From Mobula hypostoma (taxonomy: Eukaryota), in NCBI RefSeq assembly GCF_963921235.1, contig NC_086097.1, positions 242,422,001-242,486,000 on the forward strand: a DNA stretch of 64,000 nt. Direction: 5' to 3'. The position numbers and the translations under genes were made by a program. The notes below the pieces were generated by a model. The model saw only the letters and a program-made list of their open reading frames with translations. It was not told the origin of the DNA and did no database searches. Of this stretch, positions 39,458-50,345 are shown in pieces. The first letter of the stretch is position 1. Each line of letters starts with the position of its first letter.

Positions 39458-39883
39458 GGTGATTGCCCGTCATTTCTGACAACGACAAGAGAAGTATGCG
39501 GGAGAGTTATTAAAGTGGAAAAGCCGTTGCACTGCGGCAGTTCCAGTCTCTTGACCCCAGAAGTCCGAGAACGAGCATCAGGAACTGGGATCTTCCTTGG
39601 CTGCAGTGGATGACCATGACGTCTCCTGTGCCTTTCACTCTCTGTGGAGCGTTGCCGTACCACCTTCTTGGCCATTGGATCTCACCGGAGATCTCGGCTG
39701 CCCAGTCCGTCAGAGCTGGCTTTGCGTGCCAGGACAGGCATGGTTCTATCTCACCAGGGTGTCTCGTGCAAACAGCTACTCAGAGCCACAGGTGAGAGCT
39801 GGGTGTCCAGCGGGGATCAAAGGTGATTAAGTTCCTCAGAATGGATACGAGGTGCTCTCCCTCCCTGGACACACCATACACCC
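39458..39883 (-). mobile_element. RTE-related non-coding retroposon (different family)
   Basis: TSD core gattatagt (39449-57 and 39892-900), extending degenerately to 39884. No ORF. The segment ctctcacctgtggctc resembles marsupial RTE 5' regions (recall). Confidence 0.6.
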
Positions 39884-40227
39884 TGTAATGGGATTATAGT
39901 AACCTTATAGTATTGCCATAATCTCAGGCCACATCTGGACTGTTACATACTGTTCTGGTCGCCCCACTGTAGGAAGGATGTCGAGGCTTTGGAGAGGCTG
40001 CAGAAGAGGTTTACCAGCATGCTGACTTGTCCAGAGGGTGTGTGCTGTCATGAGAGGCTTGAAAAGCTTGGGTTGTTTTCTTTGGGGCGGTAGAGGCTAG
40101 GGGAGATCTGATCAAGGTTACTAAGATTATAAGAGGCATAGATAGAGTAGACAGGGAGTATCTTTTTCCCTGGCTAGAAATGTCTAATACCAGAGGGTGA
40201 AGGGGTAGTTTCAAAGGTGATGTGAGA

Positions 40228-40795
40228 GTAGAAAGCATTGTTCTAGGGTGCATCACAACCTGGTATGGAAGTTGTCCTGTCCAAGACCGGAAGAAGCTGC
40301 AGAAGATCGTGAACACGGCGCAGCACATCACACAAACCAATCTTCCGTCCTTGGACTCACTTTACACTGCACGCTGTCGGAGCAGTGCTGCCAGGATAAT
40401 CAAGGACACGACCCACCCAGCCAACACACTTTTCGTCCCTCTTCCCTCCGGGAGAAGGCTCAGGAGTTTGAAGACTCATGTGGCCAGATTTGGGAACAGC
40501 TTCTTTCCAACTGTGATAAGACTGCTGAACGGATCCTGACCCGGATCTGGGCCGTACCCTCCGAATATCCGGACCTGCCTTTTGGTGTTTTTGCACTACC
40601 TTACTTTCAATTTTTCTATTTTCTGTTTATGATTTATAATTTAAATTTTTAATCTTTACTAATTTTTACTATTTTTAATATTTTAGATATTTAATATTTG
40701 TAATCCAGGGAACGGAAAGCACAGAATCAAATATCGCTGTGATGATTGTACGTTCTAGTATCAATTGTTTGGCGACAATAAAATATAAAGTATAA
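40228..40795 (+). mobile_element. Rex1/Babar-like LINE 3' end inside a CR1 fragment
   Basis: VESIVLGCITTWYGSC...IIKDTTHPANTLFVPLPSGRRLRS...NSFFPTVIRLLN*, then an AT-rich tail ending aatataaagtataaa. Confidence 0.8.
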
Positions 40796-41057
40796 ATTCT
40801 TTACTCAGAGAGTGGTGGATGCCTGGCACTGCCTGGTATGGTGGTAGAGGCAAATAGATTAGGGGCTTTTAAGAGACATTTAAATGGACACGTGGATGTG
40901 AAGAAGATGGAGGAATATGGACATTGTGTAGAGAGGAGGGATTAGGTTTTGGAATCAGAATCAGGTTTAATATCACCGGCATATATCGTGAAATTTGTTA
41001 ACTTGGCGGCAGCAGTACATAATAATATAGAAAAAAAACCCGTGAATAGGTTTTATA

Positions 41058-42873
41058 CAGTGGTGCTAGAAAGTTTGTGAACGCTGTAGAATTTTCTCTA
41101 TTTCTGCAAAAATATTGACATAAAATGTGATCAGATCTTCACGCAAGTCCTAGAACTAGATAAAGAGAACCCAATGAAATAAATAACACAAAAACATTAT
41201 ACTTGTTCATTTACTTATTGAGAAAGATTATCCAATGTTTACATGTATTTGTTGGAAAAAGTATGTGAATCTTTGCTTTCAGTAACTGGTGTGATCCCCC
41301 ATGTACAGCAATAACTTCAATCAAATGCCCCTGGTAACTGTTGATCATTCCTGCACATCAGCTTGGAGGAATTTTAGGCCATTTCTGCATACAAAGTGGC
41401 TTCAACTCTGGGATGTTGGTGGGCTTCCTTGCATGAACTGTTTGCTTCAGGTCCTTCCACAGCATTCTGTAGGACTGAGGATTAAGGATTTGACTCGGCC
41501 ATTCCAAAACACCAATTTTCTTCTTTTTAAACCATTCTGTTATTGATGTACTCTTGACTTTCGGATCATTGTCTGTAACATTATCCAACTTCTATTAAGC
41601 TTCAGGACTGCTACACCGACATTCTCCTGTAAAATGTCTTGATACAATTTTGAATTCATTGTCCCCTCAACGATTGCAAGCTGAGCCAGCAAAGCAGTCC
41701 CAAACCATGATTTCCTTTCCACCATTCTTCACAGTTGGGATGAGGTTTTGATGTTGGTGTGCAGTGCCCTTTTCCCTCCAACCATAAGAATATGCATTTC
41801 TGCCAAAAAAAATCAACTTTTGTCTCATCTGTCCACAGAACATTGTCCCAGAAGCATTGTTGAACATCCAGGTGGTCTTTTGCAAACTTGAGACATGCAG
41901 CAAGTTTTTTTGGGAGAGCAGTGATTTACTCCATGGTGTCCTTCCACGAACACCATTCTTGTTCAATGCTTTTCTTATGTTAGATTCATGAACAGAGACT
42001 TTAGCAAGTTCTAGAAGTTTCTGCATGTCTTTGCTGTTACCCCTGAGTTCTTTTTCACCTCCTTTAGCATTGCATGTTGTGCTCTTGATGTGATCTTTGC
42101 AGGATGCCCACTCCCAGGGAGAGTAGCAACAGTACTGAGTTTTCTCCATTTGCAGACAATTTCTCTTACTGTGGACTGACGAACACTCAGGTCTTTAGAA
42201 ATGCTTTTGTAGCCTTTTCCAGCTTCATGCATCTCTACAATTCTTCTATGGTCCTCTGAAAGTTTTGATCGAGGCATGGTGCACGTAAACAGATCTTTCT
42301 TGAGAAGAGCAGGCTCTGTCAGTAACCTGACTTTGTGTGTCTTTTTTATAGGACAGGGCACCTCCACAACCCACACCTCCAATCTCAAACACGAGGAATT
42401 CTGCAGATGCTGGAAATTCAAGCAACACACATCAAAGTTGCTGGTGAACGCAGCAGGCCAGGCAGCATCTCTAGGAAGAGATACAGACGACGTTTCGGGC
42501 TGAGACCCTTCGTCAGGACTAACTGAAGTAAAATCTCTTACGAACTCTTCCTTCAGTTAGTCCTGACGAAGGGTCTTGGCCCGAAACGACGACTGTACCT
42601 CTTCCTAGAGATGCTGCCCAGCCTGCTGCGTTCACCAGCAACTTTGATGTGTGTTCCTCCAATCTCATCTCATTGATTGGAACACCTGACTCCAAATAAC
42701 ATTTGTAGAAGGCAAATATTGGATAATTTTTCTCAAAAATAAATGAACACGTATAATGATTTTTGTGTTACTTATTTAATTGGGTTCTCTTTAGTATTTA
42801 CGTGAAGATCTGATCACATTCAAGGTCATCTTTGTGCAGAAATAGAGAAAATTCTATGGGTCCACAAACCTCC

Positions 42874-42876
<3 letters not shown>
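41058..42876 (-). mobile_element. Tc1 transposon (same family as 10470-12327), decayed
   Basis: TA-cagtggtgctagaaagtttgtgaa TIR; MPRSKLSED.RRIVEMHEAGKGYKSISK, NDPK and LEWPSQ remnants. Confidence 0.88.
42388..42655. mobile_element. Palindromic Penelope-derived insertion (inverted pLTR-like)
   Basis: Two inverted copies of the PLE tail. 12-bp TSD cctccaatctca at 42376-87 and 42656-67; the empty site is visible in the sister Tc1 at ~12061. Confidence 0.85.
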
Positions 42877-42922
<46 letters not shown>

Positions 42923-42934
42923 TGTACGCGTGTG
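42876..42934 (+). repeat. (GT)n/(GC)n compound microsatellite
   Basis: gtgtgt...gcgcgcgtgtgt... Confidence 0.95.
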
Positions 42935-43166
42935 CAAAAACAGAAATAAAAAAGTAGTGAAGTAGAGATTCTGGTTTCAATGTCCATTCCAAAATCAGAC
43001 GGCAGGGCGAAGAAGCTGAACCTCAACCACTGAGTGGGTTTTTAAAAATTTACTTTTTAGCTGGTTTGGCACAACATTGTGGGCTGAAGGGCCTGTTCCT
43101 GTGTCTATGAAATTATAGTTACTGAGGAGATATTTAACCAGATTTGTGTTGTCTTCTTCCTTGCAG

Positions 43167-43262
43167 AAGCTTAAACTGAAAAACCAGCAGCTGAAACAAA
43201 TCATGGATCAACTACGCAACCTAATTTGGGACATTAATGCGATGCTGGCGATGAGAAACTGA
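43167..43262 (+). CDS. MED30: Mediator subunit 30, terminal coding exon
   Basis: gtcttcttccttgcag|AAG...TGA = KLKLKNQQLKQIMDQLRNLIWDINAMLAMRN*, one residue different from the vertebrate MED30 C-terminus KLKQKNQQLKQIMDQLRNLIWDINAMLAMRN. Confidence 0.97.
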   Translation, partial: KLKLKNQQLKQIMDQLRNLIWDINAMLAMRN

Positions 43263-44201
43263 GCGAGACCGTGACGCCTGTCGGTGTTTTGAATGTACGT
43301 GCGTTGATGGCGTTAACCAGTGCAGCACCTGATGACCAAGGGTGCTGCCTGAAGCCCGTTTGAAGCATGAATGCAAATACTCAGTCCCTTGGGATGGGGT
43401 GCACGGCGAGCTGAATGTCACTTTGTGAGCAGTCTGTTAATTTGGGGAGCATATTTAATGTACTCGTGTAGCAGTTGCCCAGTTGGCAGGGTAAAGACGA
43501 TAAGACATAGAAGCAGAATTAGGCCATTCATCCCATCAGTTCTAGCATGGTTGATTTATTATCCCTCTTAACCCCATTCTCCAGCCTTCTCCCCATAACC
43601 TTTGGCACTCTTACTAAAATAGAGGGTGGAAACAGTAATCCTGAAGGGAAGCAGGGCCACTGTATGAGAGGAGAATTTAAAATATGTGGCAGCTCGTTCA
43701 GACTGGCATTCCTGTACTGAGATGCTGACAGCGAGAGGATTAGTGTGTTTACCTTTCTGTCTTTTATCAGGTTGTGTTTATTGTTCTTTTGAGAATCTGT
43801 GCTACATTTGCGATCGAGCATTTTGTTTCTTGATGCCCCGGTGTTAGAATCTGTAATGTTTACTGCGGCTGTCTTTGAAATTCCACACACCCAAAATGAT
43901 TTTAGACTTTAATAGTGCCCAACCGACTGTAGACTTCCAGTGCATCAGTCCTGATCTGCAAAGCACTATTTTAGTCTAAATATTCTGCATAGAAATCCCA
44001 TTCCAGTTCATTAGACCATAAGATATAGTCGCAGACCATTCCATCATGGCTGTCAACCCCATTCTCCTGCCTTTTCCCTGTAATCTTTGACGTCCTTACT
44101 AATGGAGAACCTATCAATCTCTGCTTTAAATACACCCAGTGACTTGGCCTCCACAGCCATCTATGGCAGTGAATAACGCAGATTCAACACCCTCTAGCTA
44201 A

Positions 44202-44932
44202 AGGCTGATTTATACTTGTGCATCAAATGTACAGTGTAGCAGCCTACCCTACACTGTACTGTACGCCATAGCCTGACGCGCACCTTTCCCAAAATGTAAC
44301 TATGTGTCGCGGCGACGCAGACCGAAACAACTGTGATTGGTCCGCTTGGTAGCGTCGCAGTTCCTCCTACGCTGCAATAGCTTGCCACTGGGCAACTGAA
44401 GGGCAGGGAAGGAACTCTGGCTGCAATGCTTTCCATAAAGCTTTATAGACCTCCGAAGTTATGGAGGACCCTGTGCTTGAAGCCAGTTTGTAGCTAGCGG
44501 CTACAGCCTGTTGACTTCCACCTGAAGCTAAAACTCGAATGGTGATTGCCAGTCTCAGAGTATACTGTGCGTACGCTGATGCGAAATAAATGGTTGGAGA
44601 CGATGAACCAAATCATCAAATCTACCTGCCGACATCCGAAAATATTTGAAATGCATTTCCTCGTCCGTGTCTCTCAGTGGCCGGACAAGCACAGAAAATT
44701 CACCCTCCTTCAGTTTCAGTCGCCATTGTTTGAAGTTTGAGTTTCTTCGTGTTGAGTTTCAACACGAAGAAACTCAACACAGTGGCATAGAAACCCCACC
44801 GCCAACTAGCGTTTTGGTGGTGAATTGCAGAGCGACGCAGACAAGCCAACGCACAAGTATAAGTGCTCACAACGGCGTAGCCCACTTGCGTAGGCTATGG
44901 CGTAAATAGTACACACAAGTATAAATCAGCCT
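44202..44932 (-). mobile_element. PIF/Harbinger internally deleted transposon
   Basis: 19-bp TIRs aggctgatttatacttgtg / cacaagtataaatcagcct, TAA TSD (44199-201 and 44933-35). The - strand encodes [16 protein letters not shown]... and [28 protein letters not shown]...[14 protein letters not shown]. Confidence 0.92.
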
Positions 44933-45815
44933 TAAAGAATTCCTGCTTGTTGTTTAGAAATCCTAATGTTTAGGAGAATTTTTCTGGAAAATTAGTAGCT
45001 TATTGCTGGTAAGCTCCAAAGCATTATTTTGATAATTCAATATTTCACAGTTAATTTGTTTCAGGGTGCTGTAAAAATATTTTAGATAATTTAAGACCTG
45101 TTTTATAAAATTAATTTTTTTTGATAAATAAAAAGTGAGCAACTTTAAACAGCTGTTTTGAAAGTTTATAGAAAATAATTCTAAAAAGTAATTACCATCA
45201 TTAACAAGGCAACATTGTTCACACAAAGGGCCAAGCCCAGTTAGCTTTCTGTGGCTAATTATATGTGGAAAATACAGCCTTGAAAGCAGTTATATTTTAT
45301 AATATATAGTTGTACTCTTATGCAGGGTCTTAGTTTTTGGAAGGCAGATGAGTGCTTGCCAATGCTGAACCTCGATGTACATAGAGGAAGATAATCTGAT
45401 GAGACCTTTGATGAGTAGGGTCAATCCCTGCTGTTTTATCAAGATTAAAACTTGCATTTTATTATTGAAACATTCGGAGTCTGGTATCTCTTCTGTGTCA
45501 CTTTGTCCTTGATTGTTCTGAATATTAAAGGCTGCAAGATGTGCCCGTGGAGTATTGCGTTCGAACTGTTCCACTCAGGCAAGATTAGCTGTACTTGTCA
45601 CACGTACATTGAAATGTGCAGTGGAATGCGTTACTTGTGTTAACGACCTACACAGTCCCAGGGTTGTGCTGAGCAGCCCACGCCCACAACCTACTAACCC
45701 CAAACCGTACGTCTTTAGAATGCAAGAGGGAACTCGTGTGGTCGTGGGGAGAACGTACTCACTCCTTACAGACAGCAGGAAGTGAACTGGGCTGTAAAGC
45801 GTTACACAAACTACT

Positions 45816-46693
45816 GCACAGAGTCTTGTCATCTTCAGAAGTTTTCGGATGACTCTGCCATAGTTGGATGCATCAGCAAGGGAGATGAGGCTGAGTACAG
45901 GGCTACGGTAGGAAACTTTGGCACATGGTCTGAGCAGAATTATCTGCAGCTTAATGTGAAAAAGACTAAGGAGATGCTGGTAGACCTGAGGAGAGCTAAG
46001 GTACTGGTGACCCCTGTTTCCATCCAGGGGGTCAGTGTGGACATGGTGGAGGATTACAAATACCTGGGGATACGAATTGACAATAAACTGGACTGGTCAA
46101 AGAACACTGAGGCTGTCTACAAGAAGGGTCAGAGCCGTCTCTATTTCCTGAGCAGACTGAGGTCCTTTAACATCTGCCGGATGATGCTGAGGATGTTCTA
46201 CGAGTCTGTGGTGGCCAGTGCTATCATGTTTGCTGTTGTGTGCTGGGGCAGCAGGCTGAGGGTAGCAGACACCAACAGAATCAACAAACTCATTCGTAAG
46301 GCCAGTGATGTTGTGGGGATGGAACTGGACTCTCTGACGGTGGTGTCTGAAAAGAGGATGCTGTCCAAGTTGCATGCCATCTTGGACAATGTCTCCCATC
46401 CACTACATAATGTACTGGGTGGGCACAGGAGTACATTCAGCCAGAGACTCATTCCACCGAGATGCAACACAGAGCGTCATAGGAAGTCATTCCTGCCTGT
46501 GGCCATCAAACTTTACAACTCCTCCCTTGGAGGGTCAGACAGCCTGAGCCAATAGGCTGGTCCTGGACTTATTTCCTGACATAATTTACATATTACTATT
46601 TAACTATTTATGGTTCTATTACTATTTAATTATTTATGGTGCAACTGTAACGAAAACCAATTTCCCCCGGGATCAATAAAGTATGACTATGAC
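45816..46693 (+). mobile_element. Rex1/Babar LINE, 5'-truncated, open RT C-terminus
   Basis: ORF 45782-46555: LQKFSDDSAIVG, LNVKKTKEM, YKYLG, KKGQSRLYFL, SFLPVAIKLYN. Tail caataaagtatgactatgact. Inserted in a SINE. Confidence 0.9.
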
Positions 46694-47137
46694 TAAACCA
46701 CTACACTGCCAAGCCACGCTCTGTACTGTGGGCGCATAGAATTCCAAAATTGTGTCTGATGCTGGAGTGCATTGCTGCCAGAAAATCCCGAGTAGATACG
46801 GAGATTTGCTTTATTCCTCTCACCAACACCACCTCTCTCTTTAAGCAACACATGCTATTCCCCCATTAATGCTGTCCACCAGGTGGAATGCCCAATAATT
46901 CGCCTCAGATTCAAAGAAACGAGTGTAGCCAGGAACCCTGGAAAGTAAGTAACGCTGTTTAATGTGTGCATTCCAAGTCTGGAGCATGGCACGCCAAGTG
47001 ACTTCTCTTTACCGTCAACATATGAGCACAAAAACTGGTGATAGTTAAACAGCAAATCATAAATACAAGGGATTCTGCAGATGCTGGGAATCCAGAGCAA
47101 CACAAAATGCTGAAGGAACTCAGCGGGTCAGACAGCA

Positions 47138-47718
47138 TCTTTGGTGGCATCCGTTAGTCTCGCGAGACCATGGTTCTGCGCCTGGTTAGGGCGCAGGCCT
47201 GGGCAAGGTTGTATGGAAGACCGGCAGTTGCCCATGCAGCAAGTCTCCCCTCCACAGCACCGATGTTGTCCAAGGGAAGGGCAAGGGCCAATACAGCTTG
47301 GCACCAGTGCCATCGCAGGAGTTGCCAGAACGAGGTTGAAGGCAACATCGGACTGCCTTAGGGACTCCAGCTCTGGATTTGTCCTCAGGGTTTACTCCCG
47401 AAGCCTTTCCCATGAGTGGGTATGGCTGCAAGGCAGCGGAGGTTTGAAATCAGAGTTTCCCTCTCTTAGATGGACTGCCTTCCCAGGCTGACGAGCTCCA
47501 TCTACCCGAAGCACTGGTTTTAAGGTGCCAGGACCCACCTTTGCCTCTTCTCCTGTCAGTAGAAACAGTTCCGCCGGACTTAGAGGCTAAGACACACGAG
47601 AAGGCCAGGAGTTGGACTTGGTTGTCAGAGGCTATTTGAGGTGCATGCCGTGAGGAGCGCTTTCAGGTAGTGGGAGCTTGTCCCCACTATCACTCCTCGG
47701 CTTGACAACCTTGGAACC
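47138..47718 (-). mobile_element. RTE-related non-coding retroposon, copy B
   Basis: 8-bp TSD agacagca (47130-37 and 47719-26) inside a PLE tail fragment; no credible ORF. Confidence 0.8.
47550..47718 (-). ncRNA. Candidate HDV-like self-cleaving ribozyme
   Basis: Manual fold: P1 GGUUCC/GGAACU (G1-U wobble), P2 CUCCUG/CAGGAG, P3 GCC/GGC, L3 UUCUCGU plus inserted hairpin, J4/2 CUGA. Confidence 0.6.
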
Positions 47719-49301
47719 AGACAGCAACTAAAGAAATGAATAAACAGTCGATATTTCGGGCCAAGACCCTTCTTCAGAACTGGAAAGGAAGGTGAGGGGG
47801 AAGAATAACAAAGATGGGGGGGGGAGGGGAGGGGAAGGTGGGTAGCTAGAAGGTGGGTGGGAGGGCAGCAGAGATCACGGGGGGAGCAGTGAGAGAGGGT
47901 CTCACTGATCTCCTGTCAAAGAGAAGATTTAAACTTCTTCAGGGTAGACATTCCTTGAAGAGGAATGGAACAACAAATCATAAACATGAGCGATTCTACA
48001 GGTGCCGGAAATCCAGAGCAACACACACAAAATGCTGGAGGAACTCAGCAGGTCAGGCAGCACCTATGGAGAGGGATAAACAGTCGACAGTATAATTGTT
48101 GCTGTAATTCAAGAAACATTTGACGCTGCCAAGTTTGAGGGTTGCAGGACCGCTCGCTGGGTCCTCTTGTTCCTTTTCTTCCACCGCTGCACCCCACCCA
48201 GTCTTGGTCTCTCACAGCTTCCCCCACTTCGTCCCACCCAATTTTCCTGACCCCTCACCTTCCTCTGACCTCTCCAACCTCCTGTCCTCTCTTGACCCCA
48301 GCTTGAACCCCTACCGTGTCTTCATCGTCTCCTCTGACCTCCATTCCCTGAGGTGGGAATCACTCTGTCCTTAGCAAGGGCCTACTTTTGAACCCCCCAC
48401 CCCCCCCGTGCCTGCACCTCAACAGGTCCCACACCTGCCAGGGTGCAGAACTCTTCTTCTGTTGCCTCTTTGAGCTGGATGTTTTGATGTACATGTGACA
48501 AACTAAGCTAACCGTTAATCATCTTGACTTCACTCTTCCCCCCCCCCACCTACTACAACATTACCCCCTCCATTGTACATTGACAGAATTTGGGAGAATC
48601 GATGCTGCTTGAGCTGCAGAACTCTTGCAGTATTTTGTGTGTGTTGTTCAACAACACATACCAATTTGGGATTGATGTTCTTCAGAAATAATATTTATAG
48701 AAACAAAAGGGCTGCAAAGTAGCAGTCTTACAGTGGATAAATGTATTATTTGGAGATGGGAGCAATTGCTGTTTTATCTACAGCAAACGATATTTTTAAT
48801 GTGTTTAATCATATACCTCTGCTACGGACAGTCCTTCCCCACCAAACCCTTGCAGTGACTGCAGCGAGCTCCAGTGCCTCCCTCAGAATCACAATCAGGT
48901 TTAATATCACTGGCATATGTCGGAATTCGTCACCTTTACAGCAGCAGTTCAATGAGGTACATGATAAATATAGAGAGAACTGAATTATGGTACGTATGTA
49001 TATATATCAGTTAAAATAAGTCGTGCAAAAAAAAATAACTAAATAAAGTAGTGAGGTCCTGTTCATGGGTTCAATATGTCCGAGGGGAAGAAGCTGTTCC
49101 TAATTTGCTGAGTGTGTACGCCCACCCCACCCCATACTAGATGGTAATGCAGCCACACGGAATGGTCTCCACAGTACATTTGTAGACATTTTCGAGTGTT
49201 TTTAGTTGACAAACCAAATCTGCTCTAACTCCAAATAAAGTACAGCCACTGTCCTGCCTTCTTATTAACTGCATCGATATGTTGGGACCAGGTTAGATCC
49301 T

Positions 49302-49518
49302 GGTGGTCAAGTGCTTAAGGCGTTCGGCTAGTGCTCTCAAGGTTGCTAGTTCGAGTCTCAGCTGTGGCAACGTGTTTGTGCCCTTGAGCAAGGCACTTAA
49401 TCACACATTGCTCTAGTCTGTGCGAGGAGTAGCGCCCCACGCAGACTTCCAATCTGCGCCTTGTAAGGCATGAAAATGCCCGACGCAGGCCTCTCATGGT
49501 CTAAGTCGACGTCCCCCC
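49302..49518 (+). mobile_element. tRNA-derived SINE (CORE-like central domain)
   Basis: Box A-like tggtcaagtgc, box B-like agttcgagtc, core gtgcccttgagcaaggcacttaa. TSD agatcct at 49295-301 and 49519-25. Confidence 0.7.
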
Positions 49519-49519
49519 A

Positions 49520-50345
49520 GATCCTTGGAGATCTTGACACCCAGGAACTTGGAACTACTCACTCCTCCACTTCTGATCCCTCAATGAGGAATGGTAGGTT
49601 TTCCCTTGTCTTACCCTTCCTGAAGTCCACAGTCAGCTGTTTGGTCTCGCTGACGTTGAGTGCCAGGTTGCTCCTGCAACACCTGGTATATATCTCTCCT
49701 GTATACCCACTCGTCACCATCTGAGAACCTGCCAACAATGGTTGTATCATCAGCAAGTTTATAGATGGCATTTGAGTGGCACCTAGCCACACAGTTGTGG
49801 GTGTAGGTGAATAGAGCAGTGGGTGAAGTGCACACCCCTGTGGTGTGCCAGTATTGATGGCCAGCGAGGTGGAGATGTTATCACCAATCCACACAGATTG
49901 TGGTCTTCCCGTTAGAAAGTCAAGGGTCCAGATACAGATGCCCGGGTTCTGTAGCATTCCGAACAGAACTGTAGGGATGATGGTGTCACATAGTGAGCTA
50001 TAGTCAAAAAAGCAGCGTCCCGACATAGATATTTGCATTGTCCAAGTGATCCAAGGCTACGTGGATGGCCATTGAGATAGCATCTACTGTGAACCTATAG
50101 TGGTGATAGGCAAATTGTAATGGGTCAAGGTCCTTCCTGAGACAAGAGTTGATTGTAGCCATGACCAACCTCTCAAAGCATTTTATCATCATAGATATGA
50201 GTGCTGTGGGACAATCACCTTTCTTCCTAGGCACTGGTATAATTGTTGCCGCTTTGAAGCAGGAGGGAACTTCTGACCGTAGCAATGAAAGATTGAAGAT
50301 GTCTTTGAATGGCCCTGCCAGCTGGTTGGCACAGGACTCCATTAG
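49520..50345 (-). mobile_element. Rex1-like LINE RT fragment, decayed
   Basis: [56 protein letters not shown]. Confidence 0.85.

Noticed and set aside
43322..43355. CUGAUGA...CUGA after the MED30 stop as a hammerhead or C/D snoRNA
   Set aside because: No GAAA/UH core, and the C-D spacing (13 nt) is far too short.
49302..49375. tRNA gene
   Set aside because: The A/B boxes belong to a TSD-flanked SINE head; there is no complete cloverleaf.
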